Source: Acidobacteria bacterium SCN 69-37
GTDB taxonomy: Bacteria; Acidobacteriota; Vicinamibacteria; Vicinamibacterales; SCN-69-37
Assembly (NCBI GenBank): GCA_001724025.1
Contig: MEDJ01000019.1
Span: 286,359 to 350,358, forward strand
DNA length: 64,000 nucleotides
Direction of reading: 5' to 3'
Positions 26,541 to 35,825 of this stretch are shown piece by piece. The notes below the pieces were generated by a model, which was not told the origin of the DNA, made no database searches, and worked only from the letters and a program-made list of their open reading frames with translations. Position numbers and translations under genes: made by a program. How positions within the stretch are numbered: the first letter of the stretch is position 1; each line of letters starts with the position of its first letter.

Positions 26541-27035
26541 ATGACACTACTGCGATACGCGGCGTTTCTCGGGCTGGCCATCTGGATTGGCGGGCTGGCG
26601 GTGCTCGCCGGCATCGGGGCCCCCACGGTATTCGAGGCGCTGATCGCGCGCGATCCGGTGGCCGGTCGCGAACTGGCCGGCCTGCTGTTCGGCACGATGC
26701 TCGAGCGGTTCCAGTACGTCGCGTGGGGATCGGCGGCCGTCCTGTTCCTCTCGCTCGGCCTGCGTGCCGCGATCGGGCCCCGCCCCCGGCACACGGCGCT
26801 CCGCATCTGGGCCGTCGTACTCATGCTCGCGATCAGTCTCGTCACCGTGTTCGTGATCATTCCGGCGATCGACGAGATCCGCGGCGCGATCGAGGGGGCG
26901 GTGGCCGCGTTGCCCGCGGCCGACCCGCGCCGGATGGCCTTCGGCCGCTGGCACGGCCTGTCGAGCGGCCTGATGCTGCTGACCATCGGCCTCGGCCTCG
27001 GCCTGGGCTGGGCCGAGGTACACGACCCGCACTGA
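26541..27035 (+). CDS. Four-helix membrane protein (DUF4149-like)
   Basis: 164 aa with four TM segments. The family assignment is from memory of the general pattern only. Confidence 0.6.
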   Translation: MTLLRYAAFLGLAIWIGGLAVLAGIGAPTVFEALIARDPVAGRELAGLLFGTMLERFQYVAWGSAAVLFLSLGLRAAIGPRPRHTALRIWAVVLMLAISLVTVFVIIPAIDEIRGAIEGAVAALPAADPRRMAFGRWHGLSSGLMLLTIGLGLGLGWAEVHDPH

Positions 27036-27097
27036 CCCCACGGTCGCCGGCCGACCGGGTACACTGGGCCGGCGGCACGGTCCGCGCGGGAGCGTTC

Positions 27098-28099
27098 ATG
27101 GCACACGAGATCACCCTCATTCCTGGCGATGGGATCGGCCCCGAAGTCACCGGTGCCGTCACCCGGATCCTCGACGCGTCGGGCGTCTCGATCCACTGGG
27201 ACCGCCACGACGCCGGCGCCGTGGCCGCCGAGCGCACGGGCAAGACCCTGCCCGACGCGCTGCTCGCGTCGATCCGCGAGCGCAAAGTCGCCCTCAAGGG
27301 GCCAGTGACCACGCCCATCGGCAAGGGCTTCACCAGTGTCAACGTCGGCCTGCGCAAGGCCCTCGATCTGTTCGCCAACCTGCGCCCCGTCGTCAATCTG
27401 CCGGGTGTGTCGACGCGCTTCCAGAACGTGGATCTCGTCATCGTGCGCGAGAACACCGAGGACCTCTACTCCGGCCTCGAGCACGTCGTGGTCCCCGGCG
27501 TGGTCGAGAGCCTGAAGATCATCACGGCCGAGGCGTCGACGCGGATCGCGGAGTTCGCGTTCCAGTACGCGCGCCGGCACGGCCGATCGCGCGTCACGGC
27601 CATCCACAAGGCCAACATCATGAAGCTCGGCGACGGGCTGTTCCTGGACTCGGTCCGGACGGTGGCGGCCAGGTACCCGGAGATCCGCTTCGACGACCGC
27701 ATCATCGACGCCGTGTGCATGCACCTGGTGCTGAAGCCGGAACAGTTCGACGTGCTGGTGCTGCCCAATCTCTACGGCGACATCGTGTCGGATCTCTGTG
27801 CCGGCCTGGTGGGCGGCCTCGGGGTCGTTCCCGGGGCGAACATCGGCACCGACTGCGCGGTGTTCGAGGCGGTACACGGGACGGCGCCCGACATCGCCGG
27901 CCAGGACGTGGCCAACCCGACGGCGCTGCTGCTGTCGGCGCTGCTGATGCTCGTGCACATCGGCGAGTCCGACGCGGCCGCGCGCATCCGCGCGGCGCTG
28001 CACACGGTGCTCGCCGAAGGGACCGCCACCCGCGATCTCGGCGGCACGGCTTCGACCACGACGTTCGCCGACGCCATCGTCCGGCACCTCGACGCCTGA
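27098..28099 (+). CDS. NAD-type isocitrate dehydrogenase (isocitrate/isopropylmalate dehydrogenase family)
   Basis: LRKALDLFANLRP, VIVRENTEDLYSG and NLYGDIVSDL motifs. The length of about 333 aa is typical of IDH3-like enzymes. Confidence 0.88.
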   Translation: MAHEITLIPGDGIGPEVTGAVTRILDASGVSIHWDRHDAGAVAAERTGKTLPDALLASIRERKVALKGPVTTPIGKGFTSVNVGLRKALDLFANLRPVVNLPGVSTRFQNVDLVIVRENTEDLYSGLEHVVVPGVVESLKIITAEASTRIAEFAFQYARRHGRSRVTAIHKANIMKLGDGLFLDSVRTVAARYPEIRFDDRIIDAVCMHLVLKPEQFDVLVLPNLYGDIVSDLCAGLVGGLGVVPGANIGTDCAVFEAVHGTAPDIAGQDVANPTALLLSALLMLVHIGESDAAARIRAALHTVLAEGTATRDLGGTASTTTFADAIVRHLDA

Positions 28100-28151
28100 A
28101 CGGCGCCGTCGTTCCGCGGCGCGCGGCTGCCATCGCACCCGGGATGCCACC

Positions 28152-28160
28152 TGCTATAGT
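28152..28160 (+). promoter_or_regulatory. Candidate extended -10 (TGCTATAGT), 9 nt upstream of the acyltransferase GTG
   Basis: TGCTATAGT-tcgggggct-GTG. Confidence 0.35.
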
Positions 28161-28169
28161 TCGGGGGCT

Positions 28170-29297
28170 GTGAGACCCGACGACATCACACAGGCCGTGA
28201 TGGCCCGCGATGAAGTCGCCCGGTACCTGGGAGACTCCGCGGGGACTGTCGACGACGATGCGCGGCAGCGGCTCGAGACCTATCTCGACGAACTCCGCAC
28301 GACGCAGCGCTACCGGTTCTATCGCGCGCTGCAGCACCCGCTCTATCCCATCCTGCGCAAGGTCGATCGCGTGGCGGAAGGGCTCGATCACGTCAGGGCG
28401 GCCATCGGCGCGGGACGGGTCGTCTATGTCTCGAACCACAAGAGCCACCTCGACTATCTGGTCGAGCCGCTCGTGCTCGACGATCACGCCATCCGCCCGC
28501 CGCTCACCGCGGCCGGCATCAATCTGTTCGGCGGCCCGCTCGGGCTGCTGCACCGGCACGTGACGGGCGCGATTCCGATTCGCCGCAACAGCAAGGATCC
28601 GCTCTACCTGGTGACGCTGCGCGCGTACATGGCCGAAATCCTCGAGCGGCGCGACCTGCTCTATTACGCCGAGGGCGGACGCAGCTACACGGGCGAGCTG
28701 AAGTCGCCGAAGACCGGACTGCTCCAGGCCGCGCTGCTGGCCAACCGCGCCGAGTTGTCTGTCGTCCCGATGGCCGTGGCCTACGATCTCGTGCTCGAGG
28801 ATCGCATGCTGCCGCGCGCCGCGCTGAAGAAGCGCAAGCGCCCGTTCTCGCAGGAAGTCGCCGAGATGGTGCGCCACGCGGTCGGGTACCACAGCCGCGC
28901 GTTCGTCTCGTTCGGTGCCCCGCTGCCGCTCGCCGACTACGATCCGCACGCGCGTCGCGATCTCGTCACGCTCGCGCACCGCATCCAACACGCGATCGGG
29001 TTGCTGCACAAGGTGCTGCCCACGGCGCTGGTGGCGACCGTCGGTCGGCCGCGGATGCCGATCGACGAGCTGCGGAGCCGGATCGACGACACCATCACCA
29101 TCCTCAGGGCCCAGGGCGCGAACCTCGCGGTCCAGACCGGCCGCGAGGCGGTCGACCAGGGCCTGGCGGCGCTCACCGATCGCGGGGTGGTCGTCGTGCA
29201 GGACGGTCGCCTGCGTGTGCGGGATCGCTTCGTCATGCGCTACTACGGCCGCGCGATCGACCACCTGCTGGCCCCCGCGTCGACGATCGGGACCTGA
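28170..29297 (+). CDS. Glycerol-3-phosphate/lysophospholipid acyltransferase family protein (PlsB-like core)
   Basis: HxxxxD motif NHKSHLDY, IPIRR, and the YAEGGRSYTGE block, which are the acyltransferase motifs I-III. Confidence 0.85.
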   Translation: MRPDDITQAVMARDEVARYLGDSAGTVDDDARQRLETYLDELRTTQRYRFYRALQHPLYPILRKVDRVAEGLDHVRAAIGAGRVVYVSNHKSHLDYLVEPLVLDDHAIRPPLTAAGINLFGGPLGLLHRHVTGAIPIRRNSKDPLYLVTLRAYMAEILERRDLLYYAEGGRSYTGELKSPKTGLLQAALLANRAELSVVPMAVAYDLVLEDRMLPRAALKKRKRPFSQEVAEMVRHAVGYHSRAFVSFGAPLPLADYDPHARRDLVTLAHRIQHAIGLLHKVLPTALVATVGRPRMPIDELRSRIDDTITILRAQGANLAVQTGREAVDQGLAALTDRGVVVVQDGRLRVRDRFVMRYYGRAIDHLLAPASTIGT

Positions 29298-29298
29298 G

Positions 29299-30243
29299 AT
29301 GATCGCGACGATCTTCCGCCTCTTCTTTTCGATGCTCGCGAGCAGCGCGCTGCTCAAGGCCGCGGCGTCGCGCATCGGGATTCGAGGACGCCGCAGCCCG
29401 GCCCGCCGCTTCGTCGCCGGCGAAACCCACGACGAGGCGATTGCGGCGGTCGAGGCCATCGAGGCTCGAGGGCTGACGGTGACGATCGATCGGCTCGGCG
29501 AGCAGGTCACGTCGTCCGCCGCCGCGCTCGAGGCCGCGCGGGCGTACGTCGACCTGATTGGCGAGGCCACGCCCGGCCGCGTCAGTCGCGGCCTGTCCGT
29601 GAAGCTCACGCAGATCGGCCTCGACGTCGATCGCGCCACGGCCATCGACAATCTGCGGCGGGTCGTCGAGGCGGCCGTCGAGCCGGGAATCTTCGTCCGC
29701 GTCGACATGGAAGGGGCGACGTATACGGACGACACGCTCGATACGGTCGAGACGCTCTGGAGCATCGGGTACCGCAACGTCGGCGTGGCCATCCAGGCCG
29801 CACTCCGGCGATCGGGCGACGACATCCGTCGCCTGAACGCGCTGGGCATGAGCGTTCGGCTGGTGAAGGGCGCGTACCGCGAGTCGCGCCGCATCGCCTT
29901 CGTCCGCGCCGACGATGTCGATGCCGAGTTCCGTCGCCTGACCGAGCTGCTGCTGACCGAGGGGCATCGGCCTGCGATCGCGACGCACGACCCCGACTTG
30001 ATTGCCCATGCCCGTCAGGTGGCCACCGCGCGCGCGATCGCGCTGGATCAGTTCGAATTCGAGTTCCTCTACGGCCTCCGCCGCGACCTCCAGACCTCGC
30101 TGGCCCGGGACGGCTACGCCGTGCGCGTGTACGTCCCGTACGGCCGCGAGTGGTTCCCCTACTTCATGCGCCGGCTCGGCGAGCGGCCGGCGAACATCTG
30201 GTTCGTCGTGAAGAACCTCTTCGCCGAGCGGCCCGACGCCTGA
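29299..30243 (+). CDS. Proline dehydrogenase (monofunctional)
   Basis: SVKLTQIG, RVDMEG, VRLVKGAY, IATHD and EFLYGL blocks typical of the PutA-like PRODH barrel. Confidence 0.88.
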   Translation: MIATIFRLFFSMLASSALLKAAASRIGIRGRRSPARRFVAGETHDEAIAAVEAIEARGLTVTIDRLGEQVTSSAAALEAARAYVDLIGEATPGRVSRGLSVKLTQIGLDVDRATAIDNLRRVVEAAVEPGIFVRVDMEGATYTDDTLDTVETLWSIGYRNVGVAIQAALRRSGDDIRRLNALGMSVRLVKGAYRESRRIAFVRADDVDAEFRRLTELLLTEGHRPAIATHDPDLIAHARQVATARAIALDQFEFEFLYGLRRDLQTSLARDGYAVRVYVPYGREWFPYFMRRLGERPANIWFVVKNLFAERPDA

Positions 30244-30244
30244 G

Positions 30245-31066
30245 ATGGATCCGCTCGCCGGGCGCGTGGTCGCCATCACGGGCGCGTCGGCCGGCATCGG
30301 CCTGGCACTGGCACGCCTGCTCGTCGCGCGCGGCGCACATGTGGCCGCGTTCGCGCGACGCGGCGACCGACTCGACGATCTCGTCGCCGACACCGCGCAC
30401 CGGCAGCTGCCGGGACGGGTGCTGCCCGTGGTGGGTGACGTCACCGAGCCTGCCGACGTGCAGGCGCTCGTCGATCGCACGATCGCGACGTTCGGCCGGC
30501 TGGACGTGATGGTCTGCAACGCCGGCATCGGCTATCACGCCTCGCTCGACGATACGCCGCCGCCCGTCAGCCGCCGGATGATGGACGTCAACGTCCACGG
30601 CACCATCCTCGCGGCGCAGGCCGCCCTCGTCGTGATGCGCCGGCAGGGCACGGGCCACATCATCGCGGTCTCGTCGATCGTCGCGCGCCGCGGCATCGAG
30701 GGATCGAGCGTCTATGCCGCGTCGAAGGCGGCGCAGCTGGCGTTCATCGAGTCGCTGCGCGCCGAGTTCCTCGGCACGGGCCTGCGCGCATCGGTGGTGC
30801 TGCCCGTCTCGACGACCACCGAGTTCCACGACGCCATCGCCCGCGACTACGGCCAGGTGGTGCGCGGCCACGGCCCCAGGCAATCCGCCGAAACCGTTGC
30901 GGCGGCCATCGCGGCCTGCATCGTCCGTCCGCGCGCCGAGGTCTACCCGTATCGCTGGTCCAGGCTGCTGGGCATCGTGAGCGCGATCGCCCCCGGTCCG
31001 GCCGATCGCCTCGTGCGCCGGTTCCGCCGCTCATCGTCCGATCGCCATGCCGCAGCCGATTCCTGA
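30245..31066 (+). CDS. SDR-family oxidoreductase
   Basis: TGASAGIG cofactor motif, NAG, and the catalytic YAASKAA. Confidence 0.9.
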   Translation: MDPLAGRVVAITGASAGIGLALARLLVARGAHVAAFARRGDRLDDLVADTAHRQLPGRVLPVVGDVTEPADVQALVDRTIATFGRLDVMVCNAGIGYHASLDDTPPPVSRRMMDVNVHGTILAAQAALVVMRRQGTGHIIAVSSIVARRGIEGSSVYAASKAAQLAFIESLRAEFLGTGLRASVVLPVSTTTEFHDAIARDYGQVVRGHGPRQSAETVAAAIAACIVRPRAEVYPYRWSRLLGIVSAIAPGPADRLVRRFRRSSSDRHAAADS

Positions 31067-32426
31067 AATCGTCGGTCGCCTGGCGACGATGGTGCGCGAG
31101 GCCGGGGGCCGCGCGTTGATCGTCGGCGGCTGGGTTCGCGACGACCTGCTCGACCGGCCCTGCAAGGATCTCGACATCGAGGTCTTCGGCATCGACGCGG
31201 CGTCGCTGCGGACGATCCTCGAGTCGATCGGGAGCGTCGACGCGGTCGGCGAAAGCTTCACGGTGTACAAGGTGGCCGGGCTCGACGTCTCGCTGCCGCG
31301 ACGCGAATCGAAGACCGGGCGCGGGCATCGCGGCTTCACCGTCGAGGGCGATCCGACACTGTCACTCGAAGACGCGGCGCGACGACGGGACTTCACGATC
31401 AATGCGATGTCGCGCGATCCCCTGACGGGCGACCTCATCGATCCGTTCGGCGGCAAGGCCGATCTGCGCGCCCGCATCCTGCGCCTGGTCGATCCGCGGA
31501 CGTTCGGCGAGGACAGCCTGCGCGTGCTGCGCGGCGTGCAGTTCGCGGCGCGGTTCGATCTGACGATCGATCCGGCCACGGCCGATCACTGCCGTACCAT
31601 TGCGCTCGACGACCTGCCATCCGAGCGCATCCTGGGCGAGATCGAGAAGCTGCTGCTCCTGGCGCCGAGGCCCTCGATCGGCCTGCGCCTGGCCTGGGAC
31701 CTGGGTGTCGTGCACGCGCTGCTGCCGGAGCTCGTGCCGCTGGCCACGTGCCCGCAGGAACCCGAATGGCACCCCGAAGGCGACGTGTGGACGCACACGC
31801 TCATGGTGGTCGACGAAGCGCGGCAGCGCATCGACGATCTCGATCGGGGCCGCGCCCTGGCGATGATGCTGGCCGCGGTCTGTCACGACATCGCGAAGCC
31901 CGAGACCACGATCGTGTCCAACGGCCGCATCCGCTCGCCCGGGCACGAGGAGGCTGGCGTGCTGCCGACGACACACGTGCTCGATCGCTTGAACGTCCAC
32001 ACGATCGACGGGTTCGACGTGCGTCACGCCGTGCTCGGGCTCGTGGCGCAGCACCTGAAGCCGAGCGCGTTCCACAAGGCCCCGACGCCTGTCAGCGACG
32101 GCGCGTTTCGCCGCCTGGCGCAGAAGGTCGAGCTCGAGCTGCTCGCGCGCTTCTCGGATGCCGACTGCCACGGCCGCGGCGGATCGTTCGACTGCTCGGC
32201 GACCGGCCGGTTTCTCGAGCGCGCGCACGCGCTCGGCGTCCAGCACGAAGCGCCGGCGCCGCTCGTCCTCGGACGTCATCTCCTCGCGCTGGGCGTCGCG
32301 CCGGGCCCTGCCATGGGCGCGCTCCTGAAGACGCTCTACGAACGGCAGCTCGACGGAGAGATCACCAGCGTGGAGGACGGTATCGAGGCCGCGCGCATTC
32401 TCATCGCTGAACAGGAGCAGGGGTAG
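31047..32426 (+). CDS. cca: CCA-adding tRNA nucleotidyltransferase with HD domain
   Basis: GGWVRDDLL...DLDIEV polymerase-beta motif, RRDFTINA, and an HD domain (CHDIAKP). Overlaps the SDR gene by 20 nt; an internal ATG at 31089 is an alternative start. Confidence 0.88.
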   Translation: MPQPIPEIVGRLATMVREAGGRALIVGGWVRDDLLDRPCKDLDIEVFGIDAASLRTILESIGSVDAVGESFTVYKVAGLDVSLPRRESKTGRGHRGFTVEGDPTLSLEDAARRRDFTINAMSRDPLTGDLIDPFGGKADLRARILRLVDPRTFGEDSLRVLRGVQFAARFDLTIDPATADHCRTIALDDLPSERILGEIEKLLLLAPRPSIGLRLAWDLGVVHALLPELVPLATCPQEPEWHPEGDVWTHTLMVVDEARQRIDDLDRGRALAMMLAAVCHDIAKPETTIVSNGRIRSPGHEEAGVLPTTHVLDRLNVHTIDGFDVRHAVLGLVAQHLKPSAFHKAPTPVSDGAFRRLAQKVELELLARFSDADCHGRGGSFDCSATGRFLERAHALGVQHEAPAPLVLGRHLLALGVAPGPAMGALLKTLYERQLDGEITSVEDGIEAARILIAEQEQG

Positions 32427-32574
32427 GATCGAGCCCCACACACGCAGACTCGGGGGTAGCAGAGCCCCCTGATGACGATCGTCAGCAGTCGATCGCGACA
32501 CCGACAGCGAGGAACTTCGGGACTTCCCTGAGATTCCCGATGGGCAGGATTCTTGCTCGCCGGACGACGCTACA

Positions 32575-33180
32575 ATGAGCCTCGTGCCAGGGACCGATCG
32601 TCAATCACCGCCGCCCCCGGGCGTGAAGCTCACCTACGACGACTTCCTGCTGTTTCCCGACGACGGGTTGCGGCACGAGTTGATCGACGGGGAGCACTAC
32701 GTGACGCCGTCACCAAGTCTTCGACACCAACGGATTTCCGGCAACATCTACACCGCCATCAGGACCTACCTGCGCGAGCACCCCATCGGCGAGATCTTCT
32801 ACGCGCCGCTCGATGTCGTGCTCTCGAACGTTGATGTCGTCGAACCCGATCTGCTGTACGTCGCGCGGGAGCGCGCCGGCGAGGTGCTGACGTCCATGCA
32901 CGTGCGCGGCGTCCCGAATCTCGTCGTGGAGATCGGATCGAAGAGCACGAGCAGGCGCGACGACACCATCAAGCGGCGCCTTTACGAGCGGTCCGGCGTG
33001 GACGAGTACTGGATCGTGGATCCCGCCACCGACACCATTCGCGTATTCCGGCACGCGGACGACCGGTTCGCGCCCGCCATCGAATTGCGACGAGACGCCG
33101 GGCACACACTCACGACGCCGCTCCTGCCAGGCTTCACGATCGAACTGACGGCCATCTTTCCGCCTGACACGTCCGCCTGA
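32575..33180 (+). CDS. Uma2-family (DUF820) restriction-endonuclease-like protein
   Basis: ELIDGE...SPSLRHQRISGNI...PDLLYV...VVEIGSKST (PD-(D/E)xK-like E-x-S/K) and DEYWIVD. A TACAAT hexamer overlaps the ATG, so the GTG at 32584 (7 nt after the hexamer) is an alternative, leaderless start. Confidence 0.85.
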   Translation: MSLVPGTDRQSPPPPGVKLTYDDFLLFPDDGLRHELIDGEHYVTPSPSLRHQRISGNIYTAIRTYLREHPIGEIFYAPLDVVLSNVDVVEPDLLYVARERAGEVLTSMHVRGVPNLVVEIGSKSTSRRDDTIKRRLYERSGVDEYWIVDPATDTIRVFRHADDRFAPAIELRRDAGHTLTTPLLPGFTIELTAIFPPDTSA

Positions 33181-33679
33181 TCGGTTGCGTACGCTCCCGC
33201 ATGGCCCGGTAATCCAGCCACGATCCCGCGCCACCGTCGGGCGTCTGCATGGCGCCGGCGTCGCGTCTGATGTAGACCTTACGCAACGAGGCGGCGTCAC
33301 TCACACCGGCAGGCGCCCGGAGATACAGACCATCGACGACGCTGAAAATCGAGGTCGTCCCGCCGATGCCGAGTCCAAGCGTCGCAACGACGGCCGCGGC
33401 AAACGCCGGCTTCCGTCGTAACGCACGAATCCCACCGCGCACGTCCTGCCAGACGCCTTCGATCGTGGGCCCCACCCACACGTCACGCACGTCCTCACGC
33501 GCCAGCGTCACGTTGCCCTGCGCGCGTCGGCTTGCGGCAGCGGCCTCATCGGGGCTTGTGCCCTCGCGCTCGAGCTGCGCCTGACGCAGCGAGCGATGTG
33601 TTTCCATTTCCTCGCGCAGATCCGCGTCGTGGCGGGTGCGACGGAGGAGGTGAAGCCACCGATTGAATAGTGTGCGCAT
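33134..33679 (-). pseudogene. Truncated ADOP/MacB-type permease: N-terminal prefix plus first TM helix only
   Basis: MRTLFNRWLHLLRRTRHDADLREEMETH...RALRRKPAFAAAVVATLGLGIGGTTSIFSVVDGL matches the N-terminus of the roughly 800-aa acidobacterial duplicated orphan permeases. The similarity ends where the frame runs into the 3' end of the Uma2 gene. Confidence 0.65.
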
Positions 33680-33746
33680 CGTGCCCATTCCTCGCAGGGG
33701 CTCAAGCTCCTGCGCTCCGTATCGATACCTCGGGTCTGCACCGTAT

Positions 33747-33766
33747 GGGCGACGCATGCGTCGCCC
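33747..33766. repeat. 20-nt perfect palindrome GGGCGACGCATGCGTCGCCC (copy 2 of 2)
   Basis: Identical to 12202-12221. Lies between padR and the permease remnant. Confidence 0.9.
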
Positions 33767-33774
33767 GTGCACGC

Positions 33775-34113
33775 CTACGTCGTCCGCAGCACGGCCTGCA
33801 CGGCACCCACCATGCGGTCGAAACCGGCGCGCTCGGCCGCGAGCTGCCGACGGCCGGCAGCCGTGAGGGTGTAGTACCGGGCACGCCTGTTGTTCTCCGA
33901 CACGCCCCACTCGCCCTTCACCCAGCCACTGAGCAGCAGCCGCTGCAACGCGGGATAGAGCGCGCTCTCGCCCACCTGCAGCACGTCATCGGACGCAAGT
34001 CGCAGGTGCTCGACAATGCCGTAGCCGTGCTTGGCACCCGTCGAGACCGCCTTGAGAATCAGCAGTTCGAGCGTGCCCGGCAGGAGATCGGAAGGCGTAT
34101 TCGTGAGCCCCAT
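33775..34113 (-). CDS. PadR-family transcriptional regulator
   Basis: LLILKAVSTGAKHGYGIVEHL...ESALYPALQRLLLSGWV...RRARYYTLTAAGR winged-helix PadR signature. Confidence 0.9.
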   Translation of the reverse strand: MGLTNTPSDLLPGTLELLILKAVSTGAKHGYGIVEHLRLASDDVLQVGESALYPALQRLLLSGWVKGEWGVSENNRRARYYTLTAAGRRQLAAERAGFDRMVGAVQAVLRTT

Positions 34114-34127
34114 CAGATAGTGATGGG
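34109..34127. promoter_or_regulatory. Inverted repeat CCCATCA-gatag-TGATGGG overlapping the padR start codon; candidate operator
   Basis: Read directly. On the padR strand a TATAGT hexamer (plus-strand coordinates 34128-34133) immediately precedes it. Confidence 0.4.
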
Positions 34128-34422
34128 ACTATAGGCGCTGGGCCGGACCGGCGTCAACTCCCCTCAATTACTGAGGGCGCAACACGGGAAGCCGGCGGCA
34201 GGCACCAGGCCCACCGCCGGCGCTGGTCAGACGACGTCGACGCGAACGAGTGAGGGATGAGCTAGTGCACCGCCGTTGAGCTGGCGTCAAGGGATCGCGG
34301 TCGAGGGGGGTGCAGCCGCCAGGCGGCGCGACGAGGAATACCGAGAGTATTGTGAGGAGCGCCAACGCCGCGGATGCGCCCGCCTCGGCCGCGAGGATTG
34401 ATGCCGGCTCGACGGCGGTGCA

Positions 34423-34626
34423 CTAGTCGTCGAGCACGAACGTGACCATCATGTTCACCTGATACTCGGTGATGCGGCCATCAGTGACACGGACGTGCTG
34501 CTCCTTGACCCAGGCACTGCGGACGTTGCGCAGCGTCTTGCCGGCCCGCGAGAGCCCCTGCTGGATCGCATCCTCGAAACTCTTCGTCGACGTGGAGCTG
34601 ATTTCGGTGACCTTGGCAACGGACAT
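34423..34626 (-). CDS. Dodecin-family flavin-binding protein
   Basis: 67 aa: MSVAKVTEISSTSTKSFEDAIQQGLSRAGKTLRNVRSAWVKEQ...YQVNMMVTFVLDD, the classic dodecin pattern. AGGAGG RBS. Confidence 0.85.
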   Translation of the reverse strand: MSVAKVTEISSTSTKSFEDAIQQGLSRAGKTLRNVRSAWVKEQHVRVTDGRITEYQVNMMVTFVLDD

Positions 34627-34768
34627 GATGCCTCCTGGCGCGCCCCTCGAATGCGGGGACGCGGTGACACGCTGACAGCGTCGAGCACACCGGGGAACCT
34701 CCCTATCCTCCCACGGATCGCGCGCGATGCCGCGAGCGGCACGCGGAGGATCGCTCACGCCGTACGGA

Positions 34769-35593
34769 TCACTCGATGAAGCTGTCGATCATCGCGCCTG
34801 TCAGCGCCCCGGTCGCCGCACCGTAGCCGGCACCGATCGCCAGACCCGCCGCCAGATTCTCGCAATCGCCTTCGCACAGACTGTGCGCGAGGAAGCCGAC
34901 GAAGCCGGTCATCACGGCCGCGCCGACGACGGCGCCGATGGTGGTCCCGTTGCGAAGCGAGTCCGGACGCCTCCCGGTCCTGGTGAGCACCGGATCGAAG
35001 TGCGCGGGGTACCGCCCGACAGGGACGCTCACGCCAGCCTGTGCGCGGAACTCCGATGTCTTGCCGAGAATCACACGCACCTCCTGCCGCAACGCCAGGC
35101 GAGGCGCCACACGCTGCTCGACCCCGACACCGAGCGTGAACTCCGGTCCCGCGCCCTCGTAGAGCACGGCGGGCTGCATGATCGGAGTTCGACCGCCGTA
35201 GGTGATCTCCGGCTGGAACCGCCGCCGGTGGCCGATGCCTGTACCGACGAGACCGCTCATCGCAAACCTGCCGGTCTGCACCAGCGCACGACGCACCTCC
35301 GCGAGCAGCAGATGACTGTCTTCCCACGACTCGTCGAAGGCGAACGTCTGTTTCGTGGTGAAGACGTCCGCGGACACGACGAGCGCCGTGCGCGGCGAGA
35401 CGTTCAGCGTCACCCGCGGCGCCACGACAGGTCGCATCCTGTCGAATCCGCCGTCTGGGCCGGCCATGGCGACGTCGAGCCCGACCTCCAGACGAGGCGT
35501 CGTGCCGGTCGCCGGTTGGGCGACCAACGGCGCAGTCGCGGTCAGCGCAAGGATGAATATCGCAGCGGTCAGTCGTGAGCAGGGCACGAGCAC
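34769..35593 (-). CDS. Secreted hypothetical protein with beta-rich core and C-terminal glycine-zipper segment
   Basis: Signal peptide and alternating beta-strand-like pattern. C-terminus GAVVGAAVMTGFVGF...GLAIGAGYGAATGALTGA. Confidence 0.6.
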   Translation of the reverse strand: MLVPCSRLTAAIFILALTATAPLVAQPATGTTPRLEVGLDVAMAGPDGGFDRMRPVVAPRVTLNVSPRTALVVSADVFTTKQTFAFDESWEDSHLLLAEVRRALVQTGRFAMSGLVGTGIGHRRRFQPEITYGGRTPIMQPAVLYEGAGPEFTLGVGVEQRVAPRLALRQEVRVILGKTSEFRAQAGVSVPVGRYPAHFDPVLTRTGRRPDSLRNGTTIGAVVGAAVMTGFVGFLAHSLCEGDCENLAAGLAIGAGYGAATGALTGAMIDSFIE

Positions 35594-35825
35594 CTCTATC
35601 GACTAATGCGCCGGTTCGACCCCGGCCGGCTCATGGCGATCGCCGATCATTGTGACCTAGTCGGGCCGACACCCGCCTTCGCACGCGGCTGCGGCGGGCT
35701 GGCAGCGGCCGGTCCCTGCACGGTCTCGCGGAGAAGACGCGGGGATCGGCCCCGGCGGGAATCCACGTGGCGGTTCGCGCAATCGCCCGGCATCGGGGCG
35801 GGCCCCTGTGCCCGCCCCTGTTCTC

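Noticed and set aside
34168-34365. 65-aa minus-strand ORF with a lipoprotein-like start (TTG; LVAPPGGC) in the padR/dodecin gap
   Set aside because: The TTG start has no RBS. Third-position GC is clearly weaker than in neighbouring genes, and the C-terminal half is Arg/Ser-rich. The evidence is insufficient to call it.
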